A stretch of 11,246 nucleotides of DNA from a virus (Duplodnaviria; Heunggongvirae; Uroviricota; Caudoviricetes), in the IMG/VR virus record IMGVR_UViG_2645727640_000017, one strand, 5' to 3'. Shown here piece by piece: positions 7,210 to 11,246 of the stretch. Made by a program: the position numbers and the translations under genes. The notes beneath the pieces are model-generated. The model worked only from the letters and a program-made list of their open reading frames with translations, searched no databases and had not been told where the DNA came from. Position 1 is the first letter of the stretch. The number at the start of each line of letters is the position of its first letter.

Positions 7210-7556
7210 CAACCCGCTACACAGGAATGAACCCGGACGGGACGGGAAACCTGAACGATATGGAGCACCTGAAACAGTCAGTCAGGGATATCCTGACCAC
7301 CCCGCTGGCAAGCCGGGTTATGCGACGGGAATATGGCAGCCTTTTGCCTGATTTGATTGACGAACCCATGAATAACACCACGCGTCTGCAATGCATGAGT
7401 GCTGCCGTGATTGCACTGACACGATGGGAACCCCGCATTGCCCTGGACGCCATCGACGTTGTCTGGAAGGCAGGAGGCCGCGCCGGGGTGACGCTGTCGG
7501 GCACTGTCATGCAGACCATGCAGAATGTTGAATTAACCATCACGCTGAGGGAGTAA
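7206..7556 (+). CDS. W: Baseplate wedge protein, P2 gpW-like (gp25/lysozyme-like fold family)
   Basis: GTG start overlaps the gpV stop (GTGA). The N-terminus MTTRYTGMN and the SRVMRREYGSLLPDLID block match P2 gpW as I recall it. Confidence 0.9.
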   Translation: MTTRYTGMNPDGTGNLNDMEHLKQSVRDILTTPLASRVMRREYGSLLPDLIDEPMNNTTRLQCMSAAVIALTRWEPRIALDAIDVVWKAGGRAGVTLSGTVMQTMQNVELTITLRE

Positions 7557-7559
7557 ATC

Positions 7560-8456
7560 ATGCCCGCCGTTGACCTTTCCCAGTTACCGGAACCCGCCAT
7601 CATCGCGGAGCCTGACTTTGAAGCAATTCTGGCTGACACAAAAGCCATGATGATTGCGTCCTATCCCGCCGAACAGCGTGAAGCCGTTTCCGCCGCGCTG
7701 GAGCTGGAATCGGAACCCCTTAACGTTATCGCCCAGACAACAGCGTTTCGTGAAATGCTGTTACGCCAGCGGGTCAATGAGGGTGCACGCGCCTGCATGT
7801 TAAGCCACAGCGCCGGGACAGACCTGGACAACCTCGCGGGCAATATGAACACAAAGCGCCTGGTTATCACTCCGGCAACGGATACCACCGACGCGGTGAT
7901 GGAGAGCGACACCTCGCTGAGACTGCGGGCGCAGCGGGCGTACGACGGCCTGAGTGTTGCTGGCCCGTCAGGTGCATACGAGTATTTTGCCCGCAGCGCC
8001 AGCGGTCTGGTGCGTGATGCGCGGGCTATCAGTCCGTCTCCGGCCAATGTGACGGTTTCCATCCTGTCCACTGAAGGCGACGGCACAGCAACGGAGGCGT
8101 TGCTTAATACCGTTCGCGCCGTTCTGAATGCAGAGGATACCCGCCCGGTGGCCGACCGCCTGACGGTACAGAGCGCCAGAATCGTGACATGGCGGCTGAA
8201 TGCAAAACTGTACTTTTACCCCGGTCCGGAATCCGAACCTATTCTGGCCGCGGCGGAATCGTCGTTCAGGAAGTGGCTGGCTGAGCAGGGGCTTATCGGT
8301 CAGGACGTGGCGCTGTCAGCCATTGCTGCCGCACTGCATGTGCACGGTGTGCAACGCGTGGAGATAATCGAACCCACACAGAATATGGCCATCAGCGACA
8401 TACAGGCGGCGCGCTGTGAGTCATTCACCATCAGCGAAGGTGGGCGCAATGAGTAA
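7560..8456 (+). CDS. J: Baseplate protein, P2 gpJ-like
   Basis: 298-aa ORF with GGGAG seven nt upstream of ATG 7560. MPAVDLSQLPEP...RPVADRLTVQSA...LHVHGVQRVE blocks match gpJ. Confidence 0.9.
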   Translation: MPAVDLSQLPEPAIIAEPDFEAILADTKAMMIASYPAEQREAVSAALELESEPLNVIAQTTAFREMLLRQRVNEGARACMLSHSAGTDLDNLAGNMNTKRLVITPATDTTDAVMESDTSLRLRAQRAYDGLSVAGPSGAYEYFARSASGLVRDARAISPSPANVTVSILSTEGDGTATEALLNTVRAVLNAEDTRPVADRLTVQSARIVTWRLNAKLYFYPGPESEPILAAAESSFRKWLAEQGLIGQDVALSAIAAALHVHGVQRVEIIEPTQNMAISDIQAARCESFTISEGGRNE

Positions 8457-8979
8457 TTCGTTGTTACCACCATCAGCCAGCAATTTCATGCGTTGTGCCG
8501 AAGCCGTCGGAACACGCATTACAGACATTCCGGTAGACCTCAACACGCTGTGGTCGCCGGACACCTGCCCGGTGCATCTGCTGCCTTATCTCGCCTGGGC
8601 GTTTTCCGTTGACCGCTGGGATCGCAACTGGCCGGAAGAGACAAAGCGACAGGTGATTCGTGATGCATGGCTGATACACCGACACAAAGGGACCATCAGC
8701 GCACTGCGCCGGGCCATTGAGCCGCTGGGATACCTCATTCGTGTGTCTGAGTGGTGGGAGTTCGACGGAGAACCGGGAACATTTACCGTTGAAGTGGGCA
8801 CGCTGGACAGTGGCGTGACGGAGGAAATGTATCTGGAAATGGAGCGGTTGATTGCTGATGCCCGCCCGGCCAGCCGCCACATGACAGGGCTGAATATCAT
8901 TCAGGAAATTCCGGGAGATATTTTCGCGGCGGCAGCAACTTACGACGGTGAAGTCATTACCATTTATCCGGACGATTAA
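8449..8979 (+). CDS. I: Baseplate protein, P2 gpI-like
   Basis: ATG 8449 overlaps the gpJ stop (ATGAGTAA); the track ORF begins at 8416 inside gpJ. LWSPDTCPVHLLPYLAWAFSVDRWD and EMERLIADARPASRH blocks match gpI. Confidence 0.88.
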   Translation: MSNSLLPPSASNFMRCAEAVGTRITDIPVDLNTLWSPDTCPVHLLPYLAWAFSVDRWDRNWPEETKRQVIRDAWLIHRHKGTISALRRAIEPLGYLIRVSEWWEFDGEPGTFTVEVGTLDSGVTEEMYLEMERLIADARPASRHMTGLNIIQEIPGDIFAAAATYDGEVITIYPDD

Positions 8980-8981
8980 GC

Positions 8982-11084
8982 ATGAGTACCACAACACGAA
9001 AATTTAAAACCGTTATCACCGATACGGGTGCAAAAAAATTAGCTCAGGCAGCCGCGCCAGATGGTAAGCCTGTCCGCCTGACTCATATGGCCGTGGGCGA
9101 CGGTGGCGGCACGTTGCCCACACCAGACAGTAAGCAGACCCGTCTGGTGCATGAGGTGTGGCGACACACTGTTAATCGCGTCATCCTGGACGCAACACAT
9201 CAGAACCGCATTATTGCGGAGCTGGTTATTCCTCCTGAAACGGGCGGATTCTGGATCCGGGAAATTGGTGTATTTGATGAGCACGGCGATTTGATCGCGG
9301 TGGGCAATACTGCGGAAAGTTACAAGCCAGCCGTTGCCGAAGGATCCGGACGTGCACAAACATTTCGCACCATTCTGACCGTATCCAGCACTGCCACCGT
9401 GGCGCTTACCGTGGATAACACCATGGTGATGGCCTCAGTGGATTACGTGGATGACAAACTGAAAGAGCATGAACAGTCACGACGTCACCCGGATGCCTCT
9501 CTGACCGCAAAAGGCTTTGTTCAACTCAGTAGCGCCACTAACAGCGATTCTGAAACGCTGGCTGCAACGCTGAAAGCGGTTAAGGCCGCGTATGACCTGG
9601 CTAACGGAAAATATACCGCTCAGGACGCCACGACGGCACAAAAAGGGATAGTTCAGCTCAGTAGTGCCACCAACAGCACGTCTGAAACACTGGCCGCGAC
9701 ATCGAAAGCGGTTAAGGCGGTAATGGATGAAACGAACAAGAAAGCCCCATTAAACAGCCCGGCACTGACCGGAACGCCAACAACACCAACTGCACAACAG
9801 GGAACGAATAATACCCAAATCGCAAGCACGGCTTTCGTTATGGCCGCGATTGCCGCACTTGTAGACTCTTCACCTGACGCACTGAACACGCTGAACGAGC
9901 TGGCGGCGGCGCTGGGAAACGACCCGAATTTTGCGACCACCATGACTAACGCGCTTGCGGGTAAGCAACCGAAAGATGCCACCCTGACGGCGCTGGCCGG
10001 GCTTGCTACTGCGGCAGACAGGTTTCCGTATTTTACGGGGAATGATGTCGCCAGCCTGGCAACTCTGACAAAAGTAGGGCGGGATATTCTTGCGAAATCG
10101 ACCGTTGCCGCTGTTATCGAATACCTCGGTTTACAGGAAACGGTAAATCAGGCTTCTGGAGCATTACAAAAAAACCAGAACGGCGCGGATATTCCGGGAA
10201 AAGATACCTTCACCAAAAATATTGGGGCCTGCCGCGCATATGGCGCATGGCTGGATATTGGTGGCGATAATCAGGTCTGGACAACCGCGCAATTTATTTC
10301 GTGGCTGGAGAGTCAGGGAGCATTTAACCATCCTTACTGGATGTGCAAAGGCTCATGGGCTTATGCAAATAATAAGGTCATTACAGATACAGGTTGCGGA
10401 GATATTGGTCTTGCAGGTGCTGTGGTGGAAGTTATTGGCACTCGCGGCGCAATGACCATACGCGTTACCACGCCGAGTACGTCCAGCGGCAGCGGAATTA
10501 CTAACGCTCAATTCACTTATATTAATCATGGTGATGCTTATGCTCCTGGCTGGCGACGGGACTACAACACGAAAAATCAACAACCTGCATTTGCTTTAGG
10601 GCAAACAGGACGCAGGGTCGCAAATGATAAAGCTGTTGGCTGGAACTGGAATAGCGGTGTTTATGATGCAGATATCAGTGGTGCATCGACATTAATCCTC
10701 CACTTCAATATGAATGCGGGGAGTTGCCCTGCCGTACAGTTCCGCGTGAATTACAGGAATGGCGGTATTTTTTATCGTTCAGCGCGTGATGGTTATGGAT
10801 TTGAAGCTGACTGGTCAGAGTTTTACACCACAACCCGCAAACCCTCTGCGGGGGATGTTGGTGCATATACTCAGGCAGAATGTAACTCAAGGTTTATTAC
10901 AGGTATTCGCCTTGGCGGTCTGTCATCTGTTCAGACATGGAATGGTCCCGGCTGGTCTGACAGGTCAGGTTATGTCGTTACGGGTTCAGTTAACGGAAAC
11001 CGTGATGCATTAATTGATACAACTCAGGCAAGGCCAATTCAGTATTGCATTAATGGAACGTGGTATAACGCGGGGAGTATTTAA
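8982..11084 (+). CDS. H: Tail fibre protein, P2 gpH-like; conserved N-terminal ~390 aa joined to a compositionally distinct C-terminal receptor-binding region
   Basis: 700-aa ORF. The N-terminal half ([11 protein letters not shown]...MAVGDGGG...IAELVIPPE..., [38 protein letters not shown]) matches P2 gpH. The final 300 or so residues are Gly/Asn/Trp-rich and visibly lower in GC, ending in the INGTWYN-type tip. Confidence 0.9.
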   Translation: MSTTTRKFKTVITDTGAKKLAQAAAPDGKPVRLTHMAVGDGGGTLPTPDSKQTRLVHEVWRHTVNRVILDATHQNRIIAELVIPPETGGFWIREIGVFDEHGDLIAVGNTAESYKPAVAEGSGRAQTFRTILTVSSTATVALTVDNTMVMASVDYVDDKLKEHEQSRRHPDASLTAKGFVQLSSATNSDSETLAATLKAVKAAYDLANGKYTAQDATTAQKGIVQLSSATNSTSETLAATSKAVKAVMDETNKKAPLNSPALTGTPTTPTAQQGTNNTQIASTAFVMAAIAALVDSSPDALNTLNELAAALGNDPNFATTMTNALAGKQPKDATLTALAGLATAADRFPYFTGNDVASLATLTKVGRDILAKSTVAAVIEYLGLQETVNQASGALQKNQNGADIPGKDTFTKNIGACRAYGAWLDIGGDNQVWTTAQFISWLESQGAFNHPYWMCKGSWAYANNKVITDTGCGDIGLAGAVVEVIGTRGAMTIRVTTPSTSSGSGITNAQFTYINHGDAYAPGWRRDYNTKNQQPAFALGQTGRRVANDKAVGWNWNSGVYDADISGASTLILHFNMNAGSCPAVQFRVNYRNGGIFYRSARDGYGFEADWSEFYTTTRKPSAGDVGAYTQAECNSRFITGIRLGGLSSVQTWNGPGWSDRSGYVVTGSVNGNRDALIDTTQARPIQYCINGTWYNAGSI
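9510..9722 (+). repeat. Two copies of an 81-bp in-frame imperfect direct repeat inside gpH (9510-9590 and 9642-9722), encoding KG(F/I)[21 protein letters not shown]
   Basis: Codon-by-codon comparison of the two 27-codon blocks gives 63 of 81 identical nt (about 78%); the copies are 132 bp apart. Confidence 0.75.
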
Positions 11085-11086
11085 TC

Positions 11087-11180
11087 ATGATGCACTTAAA
11101 AAACATTACTGCTGGCAACCCTAAAACAAAAGAGCAATACCAGCTAACGAAACAATTTAACATCAAATGGCTTTATACAG
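11087..11180 (+). pseudogene. tfa: Tail fibre assembly (chaperone) gene, 5' fragment of about 31 codons, interrupted by IS5
   Basis: ATGATG at 11087 two nt after the gpH stop. Encodes [31 protein letters not shown], which matches the N-terminus of the Tfa/P2-G chaperone family. After nt 11180 the frame reads into IS5 terminal sequence and stops at TGA 11216-11218. Confidence 0.75.
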
Positions 11181-11246
11181 GGAAGGTGCGAATAAGCGGG
11201 GAAATACTTCTCGGCTGACTCAGTCATTTCATTTCTTCATGTTTGA
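11181..11246 (-). mobile_element. IS5 terminus (16-bp terminal inverted repeat GGAAGGTGCGAATAAG plus 50 bp of internal sequence); element continues beyond the window, transposase expected on the - strand
   Basis: ggaaggtgcgaataagcggggaaatacttctcggctgactcagtcatttcatttcttcatgtttga matches the IS5 end sequence as I remember it from E. coli, with at most one mismatch. It begins exactly where the tfa reading frame loses family similarity. Confidence 0.78.

Noticed and set aside
9510-9722. The gpH internal repeats as a CRISPR array or diversity-generating retroelement target/template pair
   Set aside because: Only two copies, both in-frame coding sequence of a single protein. No spacers, no reverse transcriptase and no cas genes in the window. 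I interpret them as a structural repeat of the fibre shaft.

Overview
This window is the late (morphogenesis and lysis) region of a P2-like (Peduovirus-type) prophage from an enterobacterium, almost all on the + strand. It opens with the 5' part of the terminase ATPase gene (gpP, - strand, running off the left edge) and a 155-bp divergent control region. Then follow O (scaffold), N (major capsid), M (terminase small subunit), L (head completion), X, a holin, a Zn-peptidase (M15, T5-endolysin-like) endolysin, overlapped spanins LysB/LysC, R, S, V, W, J, I and the tail fibre gene H. Directly after H a tail-fibre-assembly gene begins but is cut after about 31 codons by the terminal inverted repeat of an IS5 element that runs off the right edge. 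Gene order is canonical for P2 and tightly packed, with many ATGA/GTGA start-stop overlaps. I found no inserted cargo gene or defence system inside the window. The points worth a second look are the IS5-disrupted tfa, the low-GC mosaic 3' end of H, a lysis cassette that differs from P2 (peptidase endolysin, no lysA), and two structured intergenic elements (a hairpin after N and a long GC-rich inverted repeat plus T6 between M and L). All assignments come from reading the sequence, remembered family similarity and synteny; no database search was run.
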